64,000 bases of DNA from Gemmatimonadota bacterium (GTDB taxonomy: Bacteria; Gemmatimonadota; Gemmatimonadetes; Palauibacterales; Palauibacteraceae): NCBI GenBank assembly GCA_022825725.1, contig JAJDWE010000033.1, positions 87,926 through 151,925 on the forward strand. The letters run 5' to 3'. Below the pieces are notes generated by a model. The model worked only from the letters and a program-made list of their open reading frames with translations. It did no database searches and was not told the origin of the DNA. The translations under genes and the position numbers were made by a program. This document shows, piece after piece, positions 37,339-47,391 of this stretch; position 1 is the first letter of the stretch, and each line of letters opens with the position of its first letter.

Positions 37339-37719
37339 GTGCTGTACCGGTTGCTCGCGGACCTCGTCCTCATCGTCCACCTGCTCTTCATCGCGTTCGT
37401 CGTCGCCGGCGGGTTCGCGGCGATCCGGTGGCCGAGGCTCGCCTGGGCGCACGTGCCCTGTTTCGTGTGGGGGGCGCTGATCGAGTTCGCCGGCTGGATC
37501 TGCCCGCTCACGCCGCTGGAGGTCAGGCTCCGGATCGCGAGCGGTCAGGCCGGTTACTCCGGCGGCTTCATCGAGCGCTACCTGCTGCCGGTCATCTATC
37601 CCGGCGCGCTCAACCGGGAGATCCAGATCTGGCTCGGGCTGTCCGTGTTGGCGCTCAACGCCGTGGCGTACGCCTGGCTTCTGCGCCGACTACGCCGGCA
37701 CGCCCGAAGCGTTCGCTGA
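37339..37719 (+). CDS. DUF2784 family small membrane protein.
   Basis: MLYRLLADLVLIVHLLFIAFVVAGGF...CPLTPLE matches the DUF2784 N-terminal consensus. It has 3-4 TM helices. Confidence 0.6.
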   Translation: MLYRLLADLVLIVHLLFIAFVVAGGFAAIRWPRLAWAHVPCFVWGALIEFAGWICPLTPLEVRLRIASGQAGYSGGFIERYLLPVIYPGALNREIQIWLGLSVLALNAVAYAWLLRRLRRHARSVR

Positions 37720-37757
37720 GCCGCGGCCCCCGCTCGCGAGCCGGCGGGGGGGGACGG

Positions 37758-38918
37758 TCAGTCGATGACGACGTTACGGGTGAGCTGTCCGTTGCTCTCC
37801 CAGTACGTCCGCTTGTTCACGAGCATCGGGTCGTCCGCCGCCGGCTGGACGTTGCCGTCCGCGTCGATCGCCCTCGAGACGATCGCGTGCCGACCCGGCG
37901 CGGCGTCCCAGTCCATGCGCCAGAACGTCCACGTGTACGGGTCGCCCCGGCCTTCGCCCAGCGTCGCCGCCTGCCACGGTCCTTCGTCCACGCGGACCTC
38001 GACCGAGGCGATGTCCGCGCCCCACGCCGCCCCGTGGATCGTGTATCCGTCCCCGTTCCGCGTGACCTTCGCGGGGACGGAGTTGATGTTCACGCGCCCC
38101 ACCGAGGTCTCCGTCCACACGGTCTCGCCGTCGCGCTCCTCCGCTCGCAGCGTCACGTAGTCGCGGGCCATGAACTTGCCCATGAAGCGGCGGTCGCGGA
38201 GTTCGATCCGCGTGAGCCATTTCACGTTGGCGATGCCGTACCAGCCGGGGGCGATGACCCGCAGCGGGAATCCGTGCTCAGTCGGCAGCGGCTCGCCGTT
38301 CACCTCGTACGCGAGGATGATGTCCGGATTCATCGCGTCCTCGAGCGAAAGGCTGCGGGCGAAGTTCTGCGTCACCGTGTTGCCCCGGATCTCCTCCTCG
38401 CCTTCATCCGCCCCGAAGAAGACGACCTCGATTCCGTCCTCCTGAACGCCGGCCTCCGCAAGAACATCGGCGAGCCGCGTCCCGGACCAGCGCGCGTTGT
38501 GGACGCCGCCGATGAACGAGGGACGGCCGCGGTTCCCGGAGCACTCCAGCGTGAACACGACCTCCTGGCGGGGCCGCGCCCTCAGGTCGGCAAGACTGAA
38601 CGTCCGTGGCTGGTCGACGAGTCCGCCGATGTCGAGATTCCAGTCGCTCTCCGCGATGACCGGCAACCCGTAGTGCCCCACGCGGAACATCTGACTGACC
38701 GGCGTGATCCAGGAATCCAGCTCTTCCCAGTTCAGGATGTTCATCCGCTCCGTCAGCCCGGGGTGGGGCCGCTGAACCCACGGGATCACCGCCTCCTGAT
38801 CGAACCCGGCGAGCCAGCCGCGGAAGATGTCCGTCGGCAGGACCGCGAGGCCGGCGGCCGCCGCGCCGCCCTGGATCAGCACCTGTCGTCGTGGAATCGG
38901 GTTTCGCTGGCTCATCAT
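37758..38918 (-). CDS. Second sulfite-oxidase-family molybdopterin oxidoreductase (Tat-exported paralog).
   Basis: Tat motif RRQVLIQGGAAAAGLAV. FTLECSGNRGRP (Mo-ligand Cys), HGFPLRVIAPGWYGIANVKWL, and an Ig-like C-terminal domain. Confidence 0.8.
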   Translation of the reverse strand: MMSQRNPIPRRQVLIQGGAAAAGLAVLPTDIFRGWLAGFDQEAVIPWVQRPHPGLTERMNILNWEELDSWITPVSQMFRVGHYGLPVIAESDWNLDIGGLVDQPRTFSLADLRARPRQEVVFTLECSGNRGRPSFIGGVHNARWSGTRLADVLAEAGVQEDGIEVVFFGADEGEEEIRGNTVTQNFARSLSLEDAMNPDIILAYEVNGEPLPTEHGFPLRVIAPGWYGIANVKWLTRIELRDRRFMGKFMARDYVTLRAEERDGETVWTETSVGRVNINSVPAKVTRNGDGYTIHGAAWGADIASVEVRVDEGPWQAATLGEGRGDPYTWTFWRMDWDAAPGRHAIVSRAIDADGNVQPAADDPMLVNKRTYWESNGQLTRNVVID

Positions 38919-39026
38919 GTCAGACCTCGCCTCCGGTGGATCGCGTGGCTCGTCGTCTTCTCCCGCCCACGCTCAAGCTCGGGTCCGATCACGCGTCGGA
39001 GCAAGACGTCATCGCAACGGCGCCTC

Positions 39027-40487
39027 TCAGCGAGCGGGTCTCCACGCGGACTCCTCCGAGGCATCCGCGGGCCCGATCCTGCCCTCCGCCGTCGCGAGCA
39101 GCTCGTCCGGCGAATGAAGACGTCCCCTGGCGAAGACGAACCAGACATCGCGGGCGGCCCGGACATCCTCCAGCGGGTTCTCCCGCACGATCACGAGGTC
39201 CGCGAGCTTCCCTTCCTCGATGCTGCCGAGTTCGTCATCGAGGCCCATCGCGCGCGCCGAATTGAGGGTCGCGATGCGGAACACGTCTGCGGGCGGGACC
39301 CCGGCGCGCGCGAACGCGAGGAGTTCGCGGTGTATGGCGAACGGCGACCAGTACCGCCCCCAGCTCGGGAGGTCCGTGCCGAGCGTGATGAGGTCGCGTC
39401 CACCGCCGTCATGGAACGCCTTCAGCGTCCGGCGCTTGATCGGCGACATCTTCGCGAACGACTCGTTCACGGGCCGGGGCGGCCGGGCCTCGATGATCTC
39501 CCGCATGTACGGCGTCAGGAAGCGGAGTTCGTCCGTCCAGTACTCCGTCATCTCCGGGTCGTGCGGACCCCAGTACCCGTAGATGGAGAGCGTGGCGTCG
39601 AAGTACACGCCGCGGTCGACGTAGAGGTCGATGATGTCGCGGAGCGCGTCCCCCTCGAAATCGTCGAACTCCTGCAGCGAAGCGTAGGCCGAGCGGTCGG
39701 CCGGCATCATGTCGCCCCCGAGGAAGTGCTCGACGCGATCGATGCCCATGAGGATCGCGTCGCGGGGGTTCACGGTGTTCCCGAACCCGGAGTCGAGGTG
39801 GGCGGTGACGGTGAGTCCGTGCTCGTGCGCCTGTTCGATGAGCACGGAGAGCTGCTCCGGCCCGGCCCCCTTTGCCTTGAAACCGGCCGTGCCCTGCGCC
39901 GCCCAGTAATCCACCTCGCGGCGGATCGAGTCGGCGGTCATCACGCCGTCGTCCCAGCCCCGCCGCCAGGATCCGAAATAGGGGCCCGAGTTGAGGAGCC
40001 GGGGACCCCTGCGCTCGCCGCGCTCGATCGCAAGCCGCAGCTCACGCATGCGGACCGGATCCAGCTCGCCGGCCGGGAAGGTCGTCGTCACGCCGTTGGC
40101 GAGGAATAGTTCCGGATAGGCAGCCGTCTCATCGACGCGGCCATCGCCGAACAGATCCACCGCGTAGTGAGCGTGCAGGTCGAAGAACCCCGGAAGGATC
40201 GTCGCTTCCCGGTCGAGGTCGATCGTAATCGTGACGTCGGCCCTGTCCGCCGGAGGGCCGATGGAGACGATCCGCCCGTCGCGAATCGTGATGCCCTCGT
40301 TCTCGACGAGCGTGCCGGTGTGCACGTCCAGCCAGTGTCCCCCCGTGACCACGTAGGTCGCGTTCTCATCCACGAGATCGACGAGGTCCATCACGACCCC
40401 CTCGCATCCGGCAAGGGTCAGGACCAGGCCGCCGATTCCCGCGGCGAGGAACGACCGCCTCCGCTGCATCCGCTGTCTCCGAACCAT
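39027..40487 (-). CDS. Amidohydrolase-superfamily lipoprotein.
   Basis: Signal/lipobox MQRRRSFLAAGIGGLVLTLAGC. DLHAHY (HxH), a later H/D, and LITLGTDLPSW. Start set at an internal ATG; MQRRR at 40469 is equally possible. Confidence 0.7.
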   Translation of the reverse strand: MVRRQRMQRRRSFLAAGIGGLVLTLAGCEGVVMDLVDLVDENATYVVTGGHWLDVHTGTLVENEGITIRDGRIVSIGPPADRADVTITIDLDREATILPGFFDLHAHYAVDLFGDGRVDETAAYPELFLANGVTTTFPAGELDPVRMRELRLAIERGERRGPRLLNSGPYFGSWRRGWDDGVMTADSIRREVDYWAAQGTAGFKAKGAGPEQLSVLIEQAHEHGLTVTAHLDSGFGNTVNPRDAILMGIDRVEHFLGGDMMPADRSAYASLQEFDDFEGDALRDIIDLYVDRGVYFDATLSIYGYWGPHDPEMTEYWTDELRFLTPYMREIIEARPPRPVNESFAKMSPIKRRTLKAFHDGGGRDLITLGTDLPSWGRYWSPFAIHRELLAFARAGVPPADVFRIATLNSARAMGLDDELGSIEEGKLADLVIVRENPLEDVRAARDVWFVFARGRLHSPDELLATAEGRIGPADASEESAWRPAR

Positions 40488-40709
40488 CGATGACCCCTCG
40501 TGGCACACGTGTCGGCCTCGCGTTCACCCGAAACGCGGACGGCCGGAACGTTCAACATAGATGCGCGCGCGTCCCTCCACGACGGACTCGATCCTGTTAC
40601 TGTGAGCCGTCGGCACGCGGCTGCCATCCGAACGGAATCGGAGTTCACACTGCACGAACCGAGCGCGGCGCTCGCCAATCCTCCCAGCGGCCTCTCGGGA
40701 CGCACGTCG

Positions 40710-41870
40710 ATGCGCCCGGCGGCGGTCGTGGCGCTCATCGTCGTCTCGCACACGACGATCGATGCGTACACCGCGTTCCTGCCGCCGCTGCTGCCGCGGA
40801 TCATGGACAACCTCGGCCTCTCGATCACGCTGGCCGCGACGCTGTCGACCGTACTCTCCATTTCGACCGCGCTCCCGCAGCCGGCTTTCGGCTACCTCGC
40901 CGACCGCTTCGGGAGGCGCGCCTTCCTCGCCGCGGGGCCGATCGTGGGGGGCGTGTTCATCTCGCTGCTGGGGATGGCGCCCAGCTACTTCGTCCTCCTC
41001 CTGTTGCTCACGGTGGGAGGACTGGGGTCGGCCGCCTTTCACCCGCCGGGGGCCTCGCTCGTCGCGCGCGCCGGGGAAGGTCGTGGAAGCGGCGTGCGCA
41101 TGTCCATCTTCTCCTTCGGGGGGGCGGCGGGCTTCGCGCTGGGGCCGATCAGCGCGGTCGCCATCGTGGGCCTGTTCGGCCTCTCCGGCCTGTGGATCGC
41201 GATGATCCCGGGGGTCGTGCTCGGGGTCGCTCTCTGGTTCGTCGCGAAGGGTCGGACCCGAGTGGGGCCGGGGACCCCGCCGCCTCCCCCGCTCGAGGTG
41301 CTCCGCAAGCTCAGGGGGCCGCTCGGTCTCGTGTTCGGGATCTCGGTCGTCGGATCCTTCGCGCAGAAGGCGATCCTCACCTTCATCCCGATCATCGCCC
41401 ACCGCGCGGGACAGAGCGAGACGGCGGGCGCCATCGTGCTCAGCGTCTATCTCGGCGCCCAGGGCCTGGGGACGCTCGCCTCCGGCTTCCTCACCGACCG
41501 GCTCAACCGGCAGCACCTCCTGGCCGCGATCAGCGTGCTCGCCGTGCCCACGCACATCCTCGCGTTCACGCTGGCGCCGGCCAGCCCCGCCGCCATCGTG
41601 ATGGCCGTGTTCGCGGGTTTCCTGAACATGGCACTGCTGCCTCCGATCGTCGTCGTGGCGCAGGAGATCCTCCCCTCGGGGACGGCGGTGAGTTCGGGCA
41701 TCGTCATGGGGCTCGCGTGGGCCGTGGGGACGCTGGCGATTCCCGTCGTGGGCGGGTTCGCGGACGCGTTCGGGCCCGTCGCCGCGACCGCGTGGTCGAT
41801 GCCGCTCCTGCTGCTCGGCGCGCTCTTCGCAATGCAGCCCTCGCTTCGCCCATACTGCAGGGCTCAGTGA
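40710..41870 (+). CDS. MFS transporter.
   Basis: 12-TM protein with an MFS motif-A-like ADRFGRR loop. The upstream part of the listed ORF is not hydrophobic, so the start was set at MRPAAVVALIVV. Confidence 0.8.
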   Translation: MRPAAVVALIVVSHTTIDAYTAFLPPLLPRIMDNLGLSITLAATLSTVLSISTALPQPAFGYLADRFGRRAFLAAGPIVGGVFISLLGMAPSYFVLLLLLTVGGLGSAAFHPPGASLVARAGEGRGSGVRMSIFSFGGAAGFALGPISAVAIVGLFGLSGLWIAMIPGVVLGVALWFVAKGRTRVGPGTPPPPPLEVLRKLRGPLGLVFGISVVGSFAQKAILTFIPIIAHRAGQSETAGAIVLSVYLGAQGLGTLASGFLTDRLNRQHLLAAISVLAVPTHILAFTLAPASPAAIVMAVFAGFLNMALLPPIVVVAQEILPSGTAVSSGIVMGLAWAVGTLAIPVVGGFADAFGPVAATAWSMPLLLLGALFAMQPSLRPYCRAQ

Positions 41871-43648
41871 TGAACCGACCGAACCCATCCGTCGTCGTGC
41901 TGGCCAGCGCCGTTGTCGCGTTGGCCGGCACCGTCCTTGCTGCCTGCGGAGGATCGCCGCCGGCCGATCCGGCCGACCTGATCCTCGTGGACGGACGCGT
42001 GATCACGCTCGACGCGGAGAGCCGCGTCGCCGAAGCCGTGGCGGTGCGCGGCGAACATGTCGTGGCCGTCGGCGCGACAGCTGAGATCGAGGTGCTCGCG
42101 GGCCCGGAGACCCGCCGCATCGACCTCGCGGGACGCGCGGTGACGCCGGGGCTCATGGACGCGCACGTCCACTTCGCGAACGGCGGCGCGAACCGCCTGT
42201 ACCGCCTCGACCTCAGCTATCCGAACGTGGAGAACATCGCGGACGTGCAGGGCATGGTCGCGGAGCAGGCCGGACGGCTGTCCGAGGGCGAGTGGGTGCG
42301 CGGCGGCGGCTGGGACGAAGGGAAGCTCGAGGAACTGCGCTACATTTACGCCTCCGACCTGGACGCCGTCGCCGCGGGGCAGCCCGTGTGGCTGGCGCAT
42401 ACGATGGGCCACTACGGCGTGGCCAACTCCCTCGCCCTCGACATGGCGGGCATCACGGCGGACACGCCCGATCCGCCCGGCGGTACGATCGACCGCGATG
42501 CCGCCGGGCAGCCGACCGGCGTCCTCAAGGAGTCCGCCATGGGTCTCGTGACCCGCCTCATCCCGCCGCCCGGACCCGGCGCGCGGCGCGAGGGGATTCG
42601 CGCGCTCGCCGACGCCTTCAACGCCGAGTGCATGACCGGCGGCAAGGACCCCGGGATCGGCCGCCGCACGTGGGAGGCCTATCGGGACGTCCTCGCCGAC
42701 GGCGACCTGACGGTGCGGATCTTCGCCCTGTGGGACGCCCGAGACGGGACGCTGGACGAGGTCCGCGCCTACGCAGACAGCCTCGCGATCTTCACGCGAC
42801 CCTACGAGTCGACCGGGGACGACCGCCTCATCCCCGGCGGCGTCAAGCTGTACAGCGACGGCAGCGGCGGCGCCCGCACGGCCTGGCTGTACCAGGACTG
42901 GAACCGGGAGCGCACCGGGACCGACACGGGCAACCGTGGCTATCCGACGATGGACCCGGACGAACTGCGCCGCCGCTTCCGGGCCTATCACGACGCCGGC
43001 CTCCACGTCTCGATCCACTCCATCGGCGACCGCGCGATCGACTGGACCGTCGACAGCTTCATCGAGGCGCTCGAGGCCACCCCCACCCGCGGGCTCCGGC
43101 ACGGGATCATCCACGCGAACATCCCCACGGATCGGGCCCTCGACGCGATGGCCGAACTCCAGCGGGAATGGCAGGCCGGCTACCCGGAGCCGTCCCCCAC
43201 CTTCACGTGGTGGATCGGCGACACCTACGCCGGAAACTTCGGGCCCGAGCGAACGCTGCGGCTGAATCCGTTCCGCTCCTACCGGGACCGGGGCATGATC
43301 TGGGCGAGCGGATCCGACTTCTTCGTCACCCCCTACCCGGCGCGCTACGGCGTCTGGGCCTCCGTCGCCCGCCAGCCGCTGCTCGGCGTCTACGGGAGCG
43401 ATCCGTACGGCGCCGCCGAGTCCGTCGACGTCGAGACGGCGCTGCGCTCGTTCACGACCTGGGCCGCGCACCAGATGTTCCTCGAAGAGAAAGTCGGGGC
43501 GATCGAACCCGGCAAGTACGCGGATCTGGCGGTCTGGGACCGCGACCCGCTCACCGTCCCGACGATCGAACTGCGGGACATGTCGTGCGAGATGACGGTC
43601 TTCAACGGTGAAGTCGTTTTCGACCGCGCGAGCGTCCCCACACCATGA
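41870..43648 (+). CDS. Amidohydrolase-3 (YtcJ-like) family metal-dependent hydrolase, lipoprotein.
   Basis: Start ATG overlaps the MFS stop (GTGATGA). Lipobox LAGTVLAAC. DAHVHF, HSIGDRAIDW, GSDFFVTPY. It is the C-terminal part of the 1052-aa track ORF, whose N-terminal 460 aa are an out-of-frame artefact over the MFS gene. Confidence 0.8.
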   Translation: MNRPNPSVVVLASAVVALAGTVLAACGGSPPADPADLILVDGRVITLDAESRVAEAVAVRGEHVVAVGATAEIEVLAGPETRRIDLAGRAVTPGLMDAHVHFANGGANRLYRLDLSYPNVENIADVQGMVAEQAGRLSEGEWVRGGGWDEGKLEELRYIYASDLDAVAAGQPVWLAHTMGHYGVANSLALDMAGITADTPDPPGGTIDRDAAGQPTGVLKESAMGLVTRLIPPPGPGARREGIRALADAFNAECMTGGKDPGIGRRTWEAYRDVLADGDLTVRIFALWDARDGTLDEVRAYADSLAIFTRPYESTGDDRLIPGGVKLYSDGSGGARTAWLYQDWNRERTGTDTGNRGYPTMDPDELRRRFRAYHDAGLHVSIHSIGDRAIDWTVDSFIEALEATPTRGLRHGIIHANIPTDRALDAMAELQREWQAGYPEPSPTFTWWIGDTYAGNFGPERTLRLNPFRSYRDRGMIWASGSDFFVTPYPARYGVWASVARQPLLGVYGSDPYGAAESVDVETALRSFTTWAAHQMFLEEKVGAIEPGKYADLAVWDRDPLTVPTIELRDMSCEMTVFNGEVVFDRASVPTP

Positions 43649-43695
43649 GGCGCCCCGGCCGCCGCCGTGTTCTCCCGCCGCGGAAAGGATAACGA

Positions 43696-44229
43696 ATGCA
43701 ACCTCGACCCCTCGCGACGGAACGTCCCATCCCGGAGAGTTGGGAGCCGGACCTCAATGCGACCCTCCTCTACATCGTGCGGGGAGGCGAAATCCTCCTC
43801 ATTCACAAGAAGCGCGGCCTCGGCGCCGGCAAGCTGAACGGGGCCGGGGGCAAGGTCGAACCCGGCGAGAGCACGATCGAGGCCGCGATGCGGGAGTTTC
43901 AGGAGGAACTGCGTGCGCGGCCCGTGGCGCCCCGGAAGGTCGGCGAAGTGGGATTCGAGGTGTTGAGCGGCATGTCCATCCTGATCCACGTCTTCCGGTC
44001 GGACGCGCTGGAGGGAGAGCCGGTCGAGACGAGCGAGGCGACCCCCGTCTGGGCGCCCGTCGACGACATCCCGTACGATCGGATGTGGGAGGACGACCGC
44101 CACTGGCTGCCGCACCTCATCGAGGACCGCCGGTTCGAGGCGTACGCCCGTTTCGAGGGCGATGACATGGTGCACTGCCAAGTGGTCTGTCTCTCCGACA
44201 CCGACAGCTTGCGCCCGGAGTCCCTCTGA
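43696..44229 (+). CDS. NUDIX hydrolase (MutT-like).
   Basis: Nudix box GGKVEPGESTIEAAMREFQEELR. Confidence 0.8.
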   Translation: MQPRPLATERPIPESWEPDLNATLLYIVRGGEILLIHKKRGLGAGKLNGAGGKVEPGESTIEAAMREFQEELRARPVAPRKVGEVGFEVLSGMSILIHVFRSDALEGEPVETSEATPVWAPVDDIPYDRMWEDDRHWLPHLIEDRRFEAYARFEGDDMVHCQVVCLSDTDSLRPESL

Positions 44230-44283
44230 AGCACCCGCGGCTTCCGACCGCCGAGTTTCTTCGCGGCTGAACCGTCCCGCCGC

Positions 44284-45126
44284 TTACTCCCGGCCGGCGG
44301 CCTGGGCTCTCAGGGCGGCGACCCGCTCCTCCGTGGGTGGGTGGGTCGTGAAGAGGGACGTGAGACCGCGACGTCGCCCCGCGAAGGGGTTCACGATCGC
44401 GAGCGAAGCGCCGGCCGGGTTCACCTCCATCGGGATTCGGCGGGCGCCGGATTCGAGGCGCTTCAAGGCGCCGGCCAGACCCATGGGATCGCCTGTGATT
44501 TCGCCCCCGGTGCAGTCCGCCTGAAACTCGTTGCGGCGGCTGATCGCCATCTGGATGATGACGGCCGCCAACGGGGCGACGATGGCCATGACCAGCATGC
44601 CGAGCGGGTTGTCGCCGTCATCGCGTCCGCCGCCGAAGATGAACCCCCAGCGGGCGATGGAGGCGATCATCGCGATGGCGCCCGCCATCGTCGCGGCGAC
44701 GGTGCCGACGAGCATGTGCCGGTGCTTGATGTGGGCAAGTTCGTGCGCGATCACACCGTCCAGTTCGCGGGGTGGGAGCGCGCGCAGGATCCCCTGCGTG
44801 AAGCAGACCACGGCGTGTTCCGGGTTGCGTCCCGTCGCGAAGGCGTTCGGCTGCGGCTGAGGCGAAACGGCCACGACCGGTGCCGGCAGGCCCGCCCGCT
44901 TCCGCAGACGCTCCACCCGGTCGTAGAGGTCCGGCGCCTGCGCCCGGTCGACGATCTGCGCCCGGTACATGCGCAGGACGACCCGGTCGCTGAACCAGTA
45001 CATCCCGAAGTTCATCGCCCCCGAAAGCACGAGGAACAGGATCGCGCCCTGCTGTCCGAACAACATCTGGCCGGCGAACACCAGAAGGAGCGTCAGGCCC
45101 GTCATGAGGCCGAATACCTTGAACAT
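44284..45126 (-). CDS. htpX: Zinc metalloprotease HtpX (M48 family).
   Basis: Four TM helices. HELAHIKHRH (HExxH) and a later NEFQAD Glu ligand. Its length and topology match HtpX. Confidence 0.85.
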   Translation of the reverse strand: MFKVFGLMTGLTLLLVFAGQMLFGQQGAILFLVLSGAMNFGMYWFSDRVVLRMYRAQIVDRAQAPDLYDRVERLRKRAGLPAPVVAVSPQPQPNAFATGRNPEHAVVCFTQGILRALPPRELDGVIAHELAHIKHRHMLVGTVAATMAGAIAMIASIARWGFIFGGGRDDGDNPLGMLVMAIVAPLAAVIIQMAISRRNEFQADCTGGEITGDPMGLAGALKRLESGARRIPMEVNPAGASLAIVNPFAGRRRGLTSLFTTHPPTEERVAALRAQAAGRE

Positions 45127-45169
45127 CCTCTTTATCCCTCCGAGATCCCTCTACGTCTCTCTTGTCGGT

Positions 45170-45889
45170 CTACCGCCCGACCGCCACGCTCCGCGCCTCG
45201 GCGATGTCCGCATCCTCCGCCTGCAGGTCGCAGAACACGAACCCGTCCCGTTCCACGACCTCGCCCCGCCGGACCGGGATCGGCCGGGACAGGATCGGAC
45301 CGTCCCACACGAAGGTATGGAACTCCCCGTTCTCCCCGCATGGATCCACGCCCTCCGGTAGGTCGGCGACGAAAGATGCGTCGAACGAGCGGCCCGCGAA
45401 GGAGGCGTCCAGCACCGCCGGGTTGATGCACACCGCGATGGCCTCGAACCCGTCCCGGATGAAGGAACGCGCAAGCGCCGCCGTGGCTTGCTTCCAGATC
45501 GGAAAGAGACACTCCAGCCCCGAGGCGGCGAGTTGCCGCTCGCGGTACTCGCGGAGGTCCTCCAGGAAGATGTCTCCGAAGGCCACGCGGCGGATTCCGT
45601 CCTCGTAAAGCCGGTCGAAGGCCTCTCCCATCGCCCGTTCATAGATTTCATTCGAGGACTGCGGCGGGACGACGACCTCGACCAGCGGGATGCCGGTCGC
45701 CGCCGCCTGGTCGCGCACGAGCGCGCGCCGCACGCCGTGCATGCTCACCCGGTCGTAGGCGTCGGTCACCGTCGTGATCAGGGTCTCGACCCGCCAGGCT
45801 CCGGACTGCTGAAGCGCGTGCAGGGCCAGCGCGCTGTCCTTGCCGCCGCTGAAGCACATCGCGATGCGTTCGCTCACTCCAGCGCTCAC
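45170..45889 (-). CDS. PP-loop ATP pyrophosphatase of the Dph6/MJ0570 (diphthine-ammonia ligase-like, COG2102) family.
   Basis: CFSGGKDS PP-loop (SGGxDS) at the N-terminus, about 240 aa. ATGA overlap with the upstream gene. Confidence 0.75.
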   Translation of the reverse strand: MSAGVSERIAMCFSGGKDSALALHALQQSGAWRVETLITTVTDAYDRVSMHGVRRALVRDQAAATGIPLVEVVVPPQSSNEIYERAMGEAFDRLYEDGIRRVAFGDIFLEDLREYRERQLAASGLECLFPIWKQATAALARSFIRDGFEAIAVCINPAVLDASFAGRSFDASFVADLPEGVDPCGENGEFHTFVWDGPILSRPIPVRRGEVVERDGFVFCDLQAEDADIAEARSVAVGR

Positions 45890-47391
45890 TCCATGACCGT
45901 CGCCTGGAACGCCCCCGTGAGGACGCGGCCCGCCCGCTTGACCTGCACCCAGATCGTGTACTCGCCCGGCTGCGGGAATGCGAACGGGAACTCGACGACG
46001 CCGGCGGGGGAGGCCGCATCGGTGGGGGACGCCGCGCCGCCGCCGGCCATCGGCGACCCTTCAGGCGCGAGCACCGAGAGCGAGCCCATGGAAATCGTGC
46101 CCGCGGGATGCAGGTGCACGAACACCGCCCCGTCATCCCTCGTGAGCGCGGCGTGGCTCCGCATCCCCATGTAGGGTTCCAGGTCGGCCGGCTTCTCGTC
46201 GGGATCCCAGACCCTGAACGACAGCACCGTCTCCTCGTCGACCCGGAGATCCCGGTCGCCCTGCCACTCGAGGATCGAACCGTCGGCCAGCGGCGCCTCG
46301 GAGCGCGGCCCGGCGAGCGCCATCGGGAGACCCGTCCACGCCGAGTCGTCGGGGTCCGGCAAGAGGCCCGCGCCCTCGCCGACCTCCCCGGGGACCGCGA
46401 GCGCCGCCGCGTCGACGGTCACCGTGTCGACGACCGTCTGCGCGAAGCCGGACTCCTGGACGATGTCGCCGTAGATGCGGTACTCGCCCGGCGGCAGGTC
46501 CGGCCACGGGACGCGGAAGGTGGACGGGTCCACGGGGACGGGGTGCACGTGGGCGAATGCGTCCATGCCCGGCGCCCCGACCACGAACATGTGCATGAGC
46601 TTGCCGTGGTCCGGCACCAGCGGGCTCCAGTCCCGGCCCCGCCACGCGGGATCGGTGATCGCGATCTCCAAGGCGGGCGTCCCTCCGTCGCGCACGATCG
46701 CGCCCTCCACGGCGAGGCGCTCGAAGATCCCGCTGCGGACATCCCGGTCCACCGCCTCCCACCAGGCGTTCCCCAGGTAGAGGAGGCCCGCGACTCCCAC
46801 CGCGGTGAGGGCCATGGCGATCCGGGCGCGGCGACGCCGCCCGTGACCCGCCGCCTCCCCCGCCGGAATCTGGCTCTCCCGCACCGCGGCCCCCGTGATC
46901 GAAACCACGCCTGCGACCAGGAGCAGCGCGAGCGCGGCCAGGATCCAGCCGAGACCCGGCGGCAGGTCGCGCACTCCGAGCATGACCGAGGTCACGGGGA
47001 CCGAGACCTCGCCGCTCCCCCGAGCCCCCTCCACCGCGACCTCGACCCGGTACGCGCCCACCGTCATGAGCCACAGCTCCGCGGCGTACAGTTCGGGATC
47101 GCCCGCCACGGGCACGGCGACGTCGGGGGGCGGCGCGCCGCCCTCCGGGGCCGCGTCCCAGCGCACGGGGCGCACGGTCACGCGGTCCGCGCCGCCGCCC
47201 GACACGCGGACGGAGACCTCCGCCAGTCCAGGGATGACCTCCGGCGGACGGATGACGACGGAGACGGGGTACGGCCCCGCCTCGCCGCTGAAGAAGACGT
47301 TCTTGCTCCCGACGTGCCCCGTCGCCACGACGTACAGCCCGGCCACGAACGCGGCTGTCCGCGCGAGGCGGGCGGCCCGGCCGGGCCTCAC
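45886..47391 (-). CDS. Hypothetical membrane-anchored protein with two tandem His/Met-rich beta-sandwich (YtkA/FixH-like) domains, possibly metal-binding.
   Basis: The likely start is GTG at 47391, overlapping the stop of the upstream gene (GTGA). The Arg-rich 81 aa upstream in the track ORF overlap the previous gene and were rejected. Three TM segments. The repeated pattern M.M...F.H.HP...PGEY.I is seen in KLMHMFVVGAPGMDAFAHVHP...PGEYRIYG and YMGMRSHAALTRDDGAVFVHLHPAG...PGEYTIWV. Confidence 0.5.
   Translation of the reverse strand: MRPGRAARLARTAAFVAGLYVVATGHVGSKNVFFSGEAGPYPVSVVIRPPEVIPGLAEVSVRVSGGGADRVTVRPVRWDAAPEGGAPPPDVAVPVAGDPELYAAELWLMTVGAYRVEVAVEGARGSGEVSVPVTSVMLGVRDLPPGLGWILAALALLLVAGVVSITGAAVRESQIPAGEAAGHGRRRRARIAMALTAVGVAGLLYLGNAWWEAVDRDVRSGIFERLAVEGAIVRDGGTPALEIAITDPAWRGRDWSPLVPDHGKLMHMFVVGAPGMDAFAHVHPVPVDPSTFRVPWPDLPPGEYRIYGDIVQESGFAQTVVDTVTVDAAALAVPGEVGEGAGLLPDPDDSAWTGLPMALAGPRSEAPLADGSILEWQGDRDLRVDEETVLSFRVWDPDEKPADLEPYMGMRSHAALTRDDGAVFVHLHPAGTISMGSLSVLAPEGSPMAGGGAASPTDAASPAGVVEFPFAFPQPGEYTIWVQVKRAGRVLTGAFQATVME

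Noticed and set aside
40490-41869. N-terminal 460 aa of the 1052-aa ORF 40490..43648.
   Set aside because: This part overlaps the MFS transporter gene (40710..41870) in a different frame and is Arg/Pro-rich. Only the C-terminal amidohydrolase portion, from ATG 41870, is real.
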